In this document: one piece after another, positions 24,681-35,769 of the stretch | Layout of the letters: each line of letters opens with the position of its first letter | Numbering within the stretch: the first letter of the stretch is position 1 | Source: Marsupella aquatica | Taxonomy: Eukaryota > Plantae > Marchantiophyta | Assembly: GCA_973895155.1 (NCBI GenBank) | Contig: OZ316895.1 | Location: 23,386,558 to 23,450,557, forward strand | Reading direction: 5' to 3' | DNA: 64,000 nucleotides | The notes under the pieces: model-generated | Told to the model about the DNA's origin: nothing | Databases searched by the model: none | Seen by the model: the letters and a program-made list of their open reading frames with translations, nothing else | Made by a program: the position numbers and the translations under genes

Positions 24681-27600
24681 TGCCCGCGTTTCTGCCCAGG
24701 ATGATCATTCTGCGGAGGTGAAATTCCCGCCACGTACCGTACTCCAGAAATTCTCGGGCACGGCAGGAGCTCTGCTGTACAAGGGGACGGTCGGGCAGCG
24801 AATACGGGATACCGTGGGTCCCTTGAAGCAGCCGGGCAGGTGCGGATAGGGTACCGAGAACGGAGCTGGGCAGCGGAGAAACGGTGTCACGGGGGTTACC
24901 TCCTCCTACAGGACTCGGGCAGGGTAGAAAACGAGACCCCAAAAAAAGGCTGGCACTCACGGTACAGGAGCATCACATTCGCTGCCCGGGCAGAAGGCGG
25001 CGAATACCGCCTGTCCTAAATTTCAGGCTCCTGCCCGTGCAGGGAGGACTCGCAACAAGCGAAATCCAGCACATGTACTACTGGACGCGCTAATAATAAA
25101 TTAATGGGGGGCACTGAAATAGGAGTTTTGGAGAGGACCGTCATTCCACCGTCCGTGTAACATCTCTGCGAGGCAGTTTTTTTCCCCCGAAATGAAAACA
25201 ATCAGCAAAATCTTTGGGCTCCTTTGCGTATCTTGCATGTCATGTCGCATGCCTTGCATCCATCCATCCCTCCATGCTATGGACGACCATGCATGCATGC
25301 AATGGACGGGCAGCAGAGTTGGTGGCGGGCCCTTCATTTTCTGTAGCTCTGGCTTTGTCACCATAAATCAGGCAGCGACTGACTGACCTCTCCCCCTCTG
25401 CCCGTCCCAGAGGTCACTGACGGGCTGTCTGACAGACAGACGGACCGACCGACCGACCGACCGACTGCCCGGGTGATGATTTTTCTCACTCCAAACTGAT
25501 TAGCAGTAATGTAGCTCGTAAGCGATTCGTGCTCAAGACTAACGGCTTCCAGTGCTGACGTGGTGCCCTCTCCTTCGAACTCTCTTACCCCTAATCAGCA
25601 TCCCGCGACTACGTGTTTTCTTCCCCTGCCCGAGTGCCCGGTTGGTCAACACAGCTGTTTTGCCTGCCCCTGCCCCTGGCCCTGCCCGTCCGGACCGTCA
25701 CCGCGTTGCGTGAGTACTTACTACTTGGCTGTAAAACTGTACGTGAACCCTCGTTTCGTTTCACCCTTCATCAGTCGCTCTTTCCAGCAATGTGCAAGTA
25801 AATACTATGAGGTACTGAAAACGAACACACTCGCTCCTTAGCTGGAGCCCTGTACATTACAATAATAGAGGGTCTCAAATATACACCATGGGCAGTCTGA
25901 GTGTAGTTTAGGAGGGGCTGTACATTACGATGATAGGGGGTCCCAAATAGACACCATGGACAGTCTGGGTGTAGGTTGGGAGGGACACTGCCTAAAAAAT
26001 TAGACAGTCATTGAGTGTAGCCTGCAAGCGTGTGTTTGTGGGATTTTAATGTTTTCCGCTTGTCACTTGCCCCCAAGACGGCCTGGACCCAAAGGTCTGT
26101 GCATCAGTGGAACTCACCCACAGGCCATGTTACGGGTAGTGGCCCCGCAGAAGAGAAAAATTGATCCTAATTTCAGACCCCCTAATAGGACGTCTCAAAC
26201 CCAATGGGGATAGAAAGATCCCCAGCCCTAAAGTGTGACTTGTGGATTGTCGTGCAAAGGAAAGGTTTTATGAGGTCCGCCACTTTAATTTGAGAGAAAC
26301 ATGTGTGATTGTGACTGGAGCCAGAACCCAGAGGTTTTGAGAACCCCTATTATTAAATCTAGGCCTGACATTTATGCCTCCTCACCATGACTGTAAGGAC
26401 TATCAGAGTTTTGCTCAAAAAACAATTGACTATCAAATAATTGAGACTATGGACAAAGTGTTTCCTTCTGTTTTGCTACCATGCATCCATGGTTGCGTGC
26501 AAATGGTAGCAAATGATACAAAGAGATATTTGAACCACTGTTGAACAACCAAAATATCAAATCCCTATAGCCCCTCCCATACTTTCCACATCTCCTCCAA
26601 TTCTCTCCTCCTTTTGCATTGTTTTCGCCTTGTTTTTCCTTCTTCTTACCTCTTTTCCAGTCCCTTAGATTTCCCCCACACTTTCCCACTGCTTCCCTCT
26701 CCTCTCCCTTCCGTGATGCCCCATTGCACACACATATTTTATATCCCCTCCCCATTAGATTTTGGCACCCGGGCACAGCTTTCAGAATGTCCCCCATGCC
26801 CCCCCCCCCCCCCACCCCCTTCCAATTCCTTTGTGCCCACCCAGGCTGCCTGCTATGTGTGTAGGTCAGTCGCCTACCCGGCACTCTGTAAGCCCTTGTA
26901 GAGCAATCTGACGATCAAGAAAAATGATGAGACAAATCTAACTCCCAGAACCATCACTTGATGGGTCCTTTGCTTGGGTGGTTTGTCCCCCTAGTGTGGT
27001 ATTTAGGCTTTGCACCCCCATTTAGAACAAAAAACTAAAAATTATGTTCTCCAAACGGACCATGCCCTCCCTGTTGGCCTGACCACATAATCTAGGTGTA
27101 GATTCACAATACAGTACTGTGATTGGTAAACTATTAAAAAAATATGTTGCATATCCCCTACGGACAATCCACAACGGCACAACCAGCCAGCCAGTTGAAA
27201 GCCCATCGCCATTTTAGCGGTGTCAGTTAAGGAAAAGCCAAATATGACGCCCATGTTTTTTTAATGTTTTCCACCATCTTTCCGGAAACTGGGATGGACT
27301 ATTTTCCACAGCCCGGTCAGACTTCCGGTCATCTGTTGCGGCAAAATGCCGGAACTGTGCCGCACATTTTTGACAGGGCTGAAGGGAAAAAAAGCAAAGC
27401 AAAGGACGACAGATCGGTCAGCTCTGGCGATTCTGGTAGGTTAGGGCAAAGGGAGGGGACCGTACTACGGTACTCGTCCTCCTGTGACAGAGCCTGCCCG
27501 GCACACGTATTCACGCAACGCAATTTCCACAAAAACTCCCTCCTTCCGTCTGCCCGCCGTGGGACCCAATTCCCCCCCCCACCCCTCAGAACTTTCAGCA

Positions 27601-28270
27601 CATCTGCCCGCGCTTCCGCTACTGATCAACAGGCTGACCTCATTATTACTCCGTCCCTAGTCATCAAAACTTTTACCCCCTACCGGATTCCCCGGTAAAC
27701 GAAAAGTCTGACTTTTGACCCAATTTTTGGCCTCCGACCAACGCGGAGGGCAGAAGCAGTGCCCGTGCCCTGCCCGTAGGCCTTCGCTACGACATTCTTC
27801 TCCGAGCATTAGTATTGTTTTCGATGCCTCTAGTAGATCATGTGGATCGTCGATCCCAAAAAACGACGGCTCCGTGGCGTTCACGGAACTGATAATTACC
27901 CCATCTGCCCAACCAGCGGCCGACCACAACTGAAATTGTTTTCTTCAGCGGGCAGGAAGTGGGCACCCGCTTCCTGCCCGCAGAGCATACAGAAGTGTCC
28001 AAAACGGTGTCGTCGAACTCTGGCCCGGTCTGCCCGGCATGTCGCCGGGCATCCCACTGTGGCTGCCCGGGTATTCCGGAAAGCCTGATTTTATTTTTTC
28101 TCGTGGAGCTGACACTCTCTCTCGCCTCTGCCCTGCTAGCCCCGAACAAAAGTCTCACCCCCTCCACCGGCCTACGCCCTCGTCAAGCGGGCAGTCTCAA
28201 GTCCTCCCTGCCCAGCTGGCTGCTGCCCATAAACCCATTCATGTCAACACTGTATGGAAAAGTACGGGCA
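24681..28270. other. CpG-rich island with 27 dispersed TGCCCG/CGGGCA hexamers
   Basis: Hand count of the hexamer on both strands (see findings); no convincing coding signal. Confidence 0.75.
25934..26349. mobile_element. Two adjacent family A-type MITEs (25934-26184 and 26186-26349)
   Basis: Termini tagggggtcccaaa..tttcagacccccta and taggacgtctcaaac..gttttgagaaccccta; a 68-bp-period duplication of the left end lies at 25851-25983. Confidence 0.6.
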
Positions 28271-28983
28271 ACCCGGACTCTTTCCTCCCAAGGGGAACTA
28301 AAGTTTCTCCTCTCATACCGCACCTCTAAAGGTTTAATCACCTTTACAAAGCAGCAGTCGACTCCTTTGCATATCCCAGTAGTACCCTTTACAACAGCAT
28401 GGATGCTCCCATAGGACCTAAGCTCCAGTGCCTTTGCTTTTGTCACCGGTCAGGCCATGTTTTGCATCTGTCATTATTTATTTTTGGGGACCGCAGTCCG
28501 AGAGAATGCTTTACCATGAACCAACTGTGATTAAGTGATTTGTTCGAGTAATTCTTTACTGCCCCAGCCCTAAAAGAGTAAAAGGGGTCTGGGCAGGGCA
28601 GGGCGGCCCGTACTTGCGTCGTGTTACAGTGACTGCCTTCCCGGGAAAGCCTCGCTACAAGGGCCCGATATACACCATGCCAAAGGGGCATGATTGTCTG
28701 GCAAAGGTACGGCAGGAATTTTTGCCAGGAGTTAAATTTAATGTTCCGTAGAAACCCGGGTAGCTCCAGCTAGGCATTAATCAGAGTCCCCGTACACAGT
28801 CGCTTACAGTGTCAGAAATGTCCATCTTACACTTCATGGCACCTTCGCTTGTAAAGCAATTAACTGCTCCCGAGTACAGTGTTATTTCCGAATGGACGGA
28901 CGGATTGCGCGCAGGGTGCACGTCCTCGAATCCCTCGTTTAGAGCACCATGACCAGACCCCTATACTTATGTTTCCCCTTCAA

Positions 28984-29234
28984 TAGGGCGTCTCAAAACT
29001 TCGAAGCTAGGGATGATGGAATTTGGTGGTCATAAACGTGCCTATTGCTTTTTCAGTCGGTTACGTAAAAAAATTAAAAAATTAGGAAGCCTCTACAATG
29101 ACTTGTGATCATGGCTTATAACCAACTTTATGGCAAAAAGTTAGAGATCATGAATTTGGTACTCTATAATTTTGTCTTACATAACCTTATTTATTAAGTT
29201 TATGTCCATCAAATTTTGAGATTTGATACTTCCT
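28984..29234. mobile_element. TA-flanked MITE, family A copy
   Basis: tagggcgtctcaaaa...gtccatcaaattttgagatttgatac; reverse orientation relative to the 52505 copy. Confidence 0.7.
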
Positions 29235-29683
29235 TTTATTTTTGGTGTGTTGGTGATTAGAGTAGACCTGCACCCAGGGTATCTTTTTGTTGCAAAGTTT
29301 CAATTGAGAAAATTGCACCTCCTCCTGATTCTTTAAAGCTTCCCCATGGGTCGTGCTATTCGTGATCTAGTACTAGGATTAATTGCAAGGCCTAAACCGC
29401 TGGCATTTGGGGTCTTGTTAGGGGTATTGGACTTGTAGATGATCCCCACATATCTACCAGAAAACATTGGCAAGCCATGTCCGCAGATATGAGATTGGAT
29501 CATATACACTATCCAAAGCAGTTTAGCAAAACTGGGCACTCCCCAACTTTCTGGTTCTGACACCTTGGAGATGGCTTCTGGCTGGCCTGGAGCCCAGGTT
29601 TAAGTTTTTCACTGTCCAGTGGGGATTGACAAAGAGCAAGTTGCTGGTGGTTGTGCATTCCGTGCAACTGGTGAGAATGGTAT

Positions 29684-29883
29684 TGGCCACTTTTGGCTAA
29701 AAATTATAACTTTCTATAGGTTTAATTCTCCAGTTTCCCACCCCACTTCAGGGTCCATCAACTACAGTTTGACAGTTTTCAGTACGTCTAGGGACATCAC
29801 ATAATCAGAAATAAATATTAGTAGTTTATTAAATGAACATTTTTAGCATCTCCTCCCTGACCCAAGGTACCATTAGCCACACT
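29684..29883 (+). mobile_element. hAT-like MITE, family B, partial copy
   Basis: ggccacttttggctaaaa..gtttcccacc..tctagggacatc..tagcatctcctccct..cattagccacact matches the internal part of the other copies. Confidence 0.6.
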
Positions 29884-30412
29884 CAAACCTCTTCTCTAAG
29901 TGGATCTCAATCGAGGTTGAGATCTTTGGAAATGTGTATTTCAACCATGGTAGCATGGATTTAGCGTATATTTCTGAACTTTCATGAAAAGAGCATTTTG
30001 GGATTGCGTCGGGTTCAAAGGTTTGGATGAAGATCCTTTCCAAGCTTATGAATCTTCATTCATACGTCCCGACATTTCTATAAATAAATTCTTCACACCT
30101 TATGTAAGGCCAAGGATGATGTCCTAACTTGGTTCTAGAAACCACATGGACAAGCATGTTAATAGTCTTTTGTAACGACCTGCACCATCAACTTGGGTCT
30201 TGTAGCATGTCCTTCACAAACTGTATTACTCAAAGGCCCCCGTCTGAGCCAACAAAAATATATCCAGATTTTCCTCACTTGACATCAGTCACCCAAGTTG
30301 AATTGGGTGCACAATTGAGATTATCAAACATGAATTTAAAACTAACAGCTTTTAAGTAATTTTCCACTAAAGATGTTATAGTTGACAATACTACCGTTAT
30401 TTTTTTATGCAT
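29884..30412 (-). pseudogene. Decayed intronless ORF of unknown origin (~176 codons, four TGA stops, no frameshift)
   Basis: From ATG at 30412: MHKKITVVLSTITSLVENYLKAVSFKFMFDNLNCAPNSTWVTDVK*GKSGYIFVGSDGGL*VIQFVKDMLQDPS*WCRSLQKTINMLVHVVSRTKLGHHPWPYIRCEEFIYRNVGTYE*RFISLERIFIQTFEPDAIPKCSFHESSEIYAKSMLPWLKYTFPKISTSIEIHLEKRF, then runs into the MITE. Confidence 0.45.
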
Positions 30413-30916
30413 TTATTAAAATGCAACGGTTTTGTATATAGTTAACAAGTTTAACAAGGTAACCAGGGGAACTATATATTGAAATTATGATATTTTTGTA
30501 AATACAAAAAATATTAATAATATTATAAATTTAAATATTTTTAGTGACAATGTACTTAAAAGATATTAGAACTAAGAATTATGACTTTCATACATACAGC
30601 ACTCTAGTATCTTACCAGAGTTCAAAGGTAGTTGGCGATTCTTTCCAGTCTATGACTCTCTAAACATACCTGTTATATCGCAGCTAGTATTACACAGAAT
30701 TAGACCAGTTAGTCTAGTTCGGGTGACCAAGCCTATTGTGACAAAATAATTGTAATTTACTGTAGTTCTTTTCTCACCATGACTAGTTATTTTTGAAGTC
30801 CTCATGCAGGGATGGCACAGCCATTTGACTAAGGATTAATAAGTACAGTATTGGTTTCCCAAATTTATTTGGTCCGTGTTTGTAATGTTAACTTGGATTT
30901 GTAGTAAAGATATATG

Positions 30917-31071
30917 ATCATTTCGCCTGTTAAATGATAATTTGTGGATGGATAGGCCCCCTACAATTTTGACAACCAACCACAAATACAAATCATTTCG
31001 CCTGTTAAATTCTAACATGTGGGTGGATAGGCCCCCTACAATTTTGACAACGTACCTACCATAAATACAAA
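30917..31071. repeat. Tandem duplication, 75-bp period
   Basis: atcatttcgcctgttaaat..tggataggccccctacaattttgacaac at 30917 and 30992. Confidence 0.85.
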
Positions 31072-32479
31072 TGTTTTAATAAATCATAGTGAACTGCTCT
31101 TCCTTGCATAGGTTAAATAACATTAGCAATTTACGAATTAATGCTGTGGTGAATAGTGTCATTCCAAAATTAAGCTTGGTAGGCTTTCTAATTATGACCC
31201 AAATTCTCATTAATTAGTCATTTAGTCGCCCAAACAGAATTAGTGAACAGGACATCATTGGATTTGTATGTACTTATACTAATAAATCAAAATATTTATA
31301 GGATCCAATACTATTCACAAACCGTCATTTTTAGGACAGATGCCGATCGAGGTTCTTAGCTTGCGTTACAGATTACACCCCTAGACTTAGCGCTCGTTCA
31401 TTTTCCAAAAACAGCACAACATCATGCGTTTTGTGGCCTCCACTTTGTCGTCAATATACTGGTCAATTTACTGGTCACATAGCGGATCATGGCCGAAGAA
31501 TTAAAAACTATATAAATACGTGCACCCGCTTCTTGCCGTTGTTCTTTTCCTCACGGTCAGAGGAATCAACGTGAATCGAGGAGGGAAGCAAAAAAAAACA
31601 AGAGGGCGAACTGGGATACGAAACAGTAAAAATAAACAGAATTACATCGACGGGTGATAAGATGTCACATCGGATGCCCGCTGACGGGTACCGGTGACGG
31701 CTGACCTGCTCCACGTCGGCAGGCCTTTGCACGTGTGTCATGTCCTCCCGGTTGCCGGTTGCGCCCCTTCTTGAGGGGCGGCACACGAGGATGATGGCGG
31801 GGAGCTGGGGGGCGACGCTTTTTAGTGTGCTCTCGGCTCCCCCGGCAAATATAACGGGTCTAAGAATTATTAGACTACGCCCAAATCCAACTGTTGGACA
31901 CCAAATAGCCCTGCCCTTGCCATCCGAGATATTTAGCAAGTAGGTGAGAGATCCGCACACCCCGTCTCGTGCAGAGGATTTGGAGTTCCCCACCCGTTCC
32001 GCCTTTCACACTCACCAAATATGGCAAACCACGGCTCCGACCACAAGAAAAGCTGAAGCATTGAGTGCTCCCACCAGAGCAGCTCCAGCAATATACAATC
32101 AAATGTGAAAGAGCCGATTGTGGTGGGCAATCCATTTAGGGAGTTTGTCTACGTTAGCTTGTGAAGTACAGGACTGCTGGGTGGCAAAATAAAGGTGCAA
32201 AGGCTGGGCACACTGGGGGTTCCAAAAATGGCCTGTCGGCTGGTCTTGCTACATCTACCCCGCCTGCAATCACACATAAAAATGTGACAATATACGGTGT
32301 GCACTCATTGATTTAAGCAAATAACAAGATTTATCATGGTATGGAGGGATATGCACCGACTGTACATGTCATATTTTCATGTGCAGTTATCGGGACCCTA
32401 CATCTGCTCTGGGCCAGACCCAATTGAGAGCTCTTCGTGCCACTGAAATGGACTATGATTTATTCCCCATGCGTTGAAA

Positions 32480-32955
32480 GTGCAGCTACAGTCTTATCTT
32501 ATGGCATAGTGCCACAAAATTGCATGCAAATATTTCTTTAGCATAGTACTACTAACAGAGGCGGGTGTTTTATCTGATGGCACAGTTCCGCTAAAAAGAG
32601 GGTGATGTTTATCTAATTGTACAGTTCCACTAAAAAGAGGTCAGGTTTATCTAATGGCACAGCTCCGCTTAAAAAGAGGGCAAGGTTTATCTAGTGGCAC
32701 AGTTCCACTAAAAAGAGGGCAAAGGTTATCTAATGGCATAGTGCCTAAAGTGCATGCAATTCTTGTCAAATTTAAACAGTTCCCTAAAAGTGTGTAGTTT
32801 GTAGCCTGTATGACTGAGCCGCCAAATGTATCACAATCCCTCCCTAAAAATCTTTGACAGTAAGGCTACAGTCCCGCTAAATTGCATGCAAGACTTTGTC
32901 TCCCACAGTAATGCTAAAAATGTGAGTTTATCTGATAGCACAGCTCGGCTAAACT
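32480..32955. repeat. ~39-bp minisatellite (5 clear units at 32567-32745 plus degenerate flanking units)
   Basis: Unit gtttatctaatggcacagttccgctaaaaagagggcaag with small variants. Confidence 0.85.
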
Positions 32956-34391
32956 TTACACAAATATTGTGCAGTAGTATCGTTCAATAGCTAAATAGTT
33001 ATAAGAGAGTTTTTCATGGACACTAGCGCCACTTGATTTTCATTTTAATTTGCCTCAACAAGCGTTCTTTTCAATAAAACTAGCTCAAAAACCGTGTATT
33101 TGGCATGCATAGTATATTACATTCCATGCATTCTATCTAGTTCTCCAACTTCATTCACGACATACCTTTCTTGCCATGGCCCTATCACCTATATATTTAT
33201 GATGTCCTCGTGAAACTGTGAAACATACTGCAAGAAGCAGTATTTAGCCATAGGGAGAGACCCGTGCAAGCATGTCATTAGAGAGTCTCAAACCTATGCG
33301 CTGAAGATCCCCAGCCCAGAAATATGAGTCACGGACTTTGGTCAAAAGTGGTCGGACAAGCTTTTGGAAGTCTGCAACTTTATTTTCCTTTGACTGGAGG
33401 CAAACCTGAGAGGTTCGAGACTCCCTCTTGCATTCAACTACTGGAGTCATACCTTCATGCTATATTTTACAAAGTCTTGCACGTCTATTGTACGTAAATA
33501 TGCTCCTGGTTTGCTGCTATAAACTGTTAGTAGATTTGACCTTAGCCCTTGTCTGAGTAGTTTGAAAAGTTGCTTTGTTTCCTCCCTTTTAAAAAAAATG
33601 AGATTTTAATTTACTGATATACAGAGTCGGCAGATTCGCTACTTTTGAAAATCTGTAGCCTCGTTTTTATTCTGCCTTTTTTGGCCCCAAGTTTGAGTCC
33701 AAATCTTCCTCAAGCACACACTTCATGCGACACTTATTGGTTTATTGATAAAGCAAAGAAACTCTTGCACTGTAAAAACTTGCTTTCGAGACACACAAAA
33801 AGAAGTAGAAATAATAATGGTGCTGTGCGAGCACGACTGCCGTCGATCAAGGACCACATTAATGAGCATTTGTGGGTTGCTCAATCCAAGTAGACACCTG
33901 GAAGGGAGCCCTCGACGAAGGGCGCAGGACAGTAACGATACAACCAGCTTGCCTCTGGGGCAGGAGTGCCCCTTTCCCCCCTCTCCCCTCGGACCAACTT
34001 TTTGCATTGGAAGGGACAACACTTATTTAGAGCAGACCACTTTTTTCCATTGGAAGGGACAACGCTTGTCTGGAGTAGAATAATTCTAAAGGTTTCTTTC
34101 CAGCCAGGGTGTAAAATGAGAAAATGTTTCAGACTCCATGCTGATAGAGATAGAGGATGATTGCAAATAGATTGAACTCTCTAACGATGCTACTGCAAGC
34201 ATTCTGCAACACTCAAATTTGATGTCCATAATGCAGTCCAATCCAGCTTGTAAACCACTTGAGTGAGGCCTGGTAATTTAGGGCCACTTGAGTCCAGGAG
34301 GTCTCAAGCTCAAATACCCAACCAGCCAACCAGGCATTCAACGATTTCCTTTCTTGGGTTTTCTTTTTTGTGTGTGTGGGGAGGGTTACAG

Positions 34392-35769
34392 AGTGGTTTT
34401 GGGTTTACTTCCATTGAGAGACTTGCATCTTTGGCCTTTTTGGGTGCGTGGGCGGCCGCCTTTTCGTTGTTGGCCGATCGTTTTCTTATTGAGGATCGCC
34501 CTTTTTTACTTTCATCTCTCATGGAGGTAGAGGAGGGTTCCCTCCCGTTTCAGGTTCATTTGCGCGCAGCGCGGTCCTCATTACCAGATCCCGTTCGCGC
34601 CGCGTTACCTTCTTTCCATGAGTTTTTATCCTTGGATCCCGTTCGTCTTCAGGCAGACCTCGCTGGGCGTATGCACACTTTCACCCTTTCCAGCATCCTC
34701 TCCGAGGCACCTGACACGGACCGAGCTCGGATTCTTTCTTCCGGAGGGAAGGGCGCAGGTGGATGACTTCAGGCCAATCCAGTCATTCCTCATTTGCAGA
34801 TGTCTTCAACGGAGTTCTCCACAGCCATGCGTCTTCGTCTGGGGCTGCCCCACCCACTTCTTGCAGGTTTACCTCCTTCTTGCACTTGTGGGAAGCCTTG
34901 TGATGCCACAGGTGTCCATCTTCTTCGGTGCAGTTTGGGAGGTGAAACCATTATTGTTCACGACGCTGTGCGAGATGCGACTGCTCAGGTTCTCTCTGGC
35001 TCTTTGGTATGCGTGCGGCGGGAGGTGGTACTCGAGTTACCTGGTCCTCCATCATAGCGGTTACGGGTGGATCTTACCATGGTCCGTGAGGGTCAACGTA
35101 CTTTGGCAGATGTTGTGGTGGCAAACCCATTGCGCCAAGACATCATTGGGACAGCGGCAACTACGGCAGGGGCAGCAGCGTCACGTGCGACAACAACGAA
35201 GGAGGCCAAATATGCTGCACGAGCTTCATCCGACAGCTTCCTCCCCCTTGCTGTGGAGCTATTTGGGCGTCTTCATCCTCAGTTTGATGGGCTTCTTCGG
35301 CAAGCTGCCCGGGATGTTCATGGCCGAATGGGTCCCACCGGACCCCCGCTTTCTATTTTGACCACGCACTTTCGCCAACGCATTTCAGTCACCTTACAGC
35401 GTGCTCAAGCTCGGGCCATCTATCGTCGATCTCTTACAGTGGGTGCTAGTGTGCCTCCGCAGCGGCTAGCTCCCCTTGAGGATGTTCCAATCCCACTTGC
35501 CGATCTAGTTTTGACTCTTGATGTGGACCATTAGCTTTTTGCCACAATTGGTAGGAATGATGAGGACCTCGGTTCGCTTGGGTTAGTTTTAGTCTCTCTC
35601 TCTTTCTTGGTTTTTAGGGGTTCCTTATTGTTCATTTCTTACTTTTAGTTCCTCTTTCTTGGTGTTTAGTGGTTCCCTTTTGCTCACTTCTTTTTCGATT
35701 GGTTTTGTCCACTTGGGCCCTCTTTTGTTTGTTCATTTGTACTCTGTTTGGTCCCTTTGTATATAAAAA
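34392..35769 (+). mobile_element. 5'-truncated non-LTR retrotransposon, CRE-like clade with restriction-like endonuclease (RLE)
   Basis: ORF pieces 34263-34766, 34794-35057 and 35067-35534 share one frame, broken only by TGA 34764 and TAG 35055. Post-RT motif GFGFTS..AFLGAW, RARILS..GAGG*L, FSTAMRLRLG, zinc knuckle CTCGKPCDATGVHLLRC, HDAVRD, RLE residues RVDL..ADVVV..KEAKY, FLPLAVELFG, RQRISVTLQRAQA. T-rich 3' UTR ends in tataaaaa. Confidence 0.85.

Noticed and set aside
24474-28691. Numerous overlapping 60-150 aa ORFs
   Set aside because: Expected in GC-rich DNA; present on both strands with no splice pattern or domain.
32567-32745. CRISPR-like appearance of regularly spaced repeats
   Set aside because: Units are contiguous with no unique spacers, no cas genes are present, and the context is eukaryotic.
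34618-35361. 247-aa alternative-frame ORF within the LINE
   Set aside because: The conserved zinc-knuckle and RLE motifs lie in the other frame; this one is a by-product.
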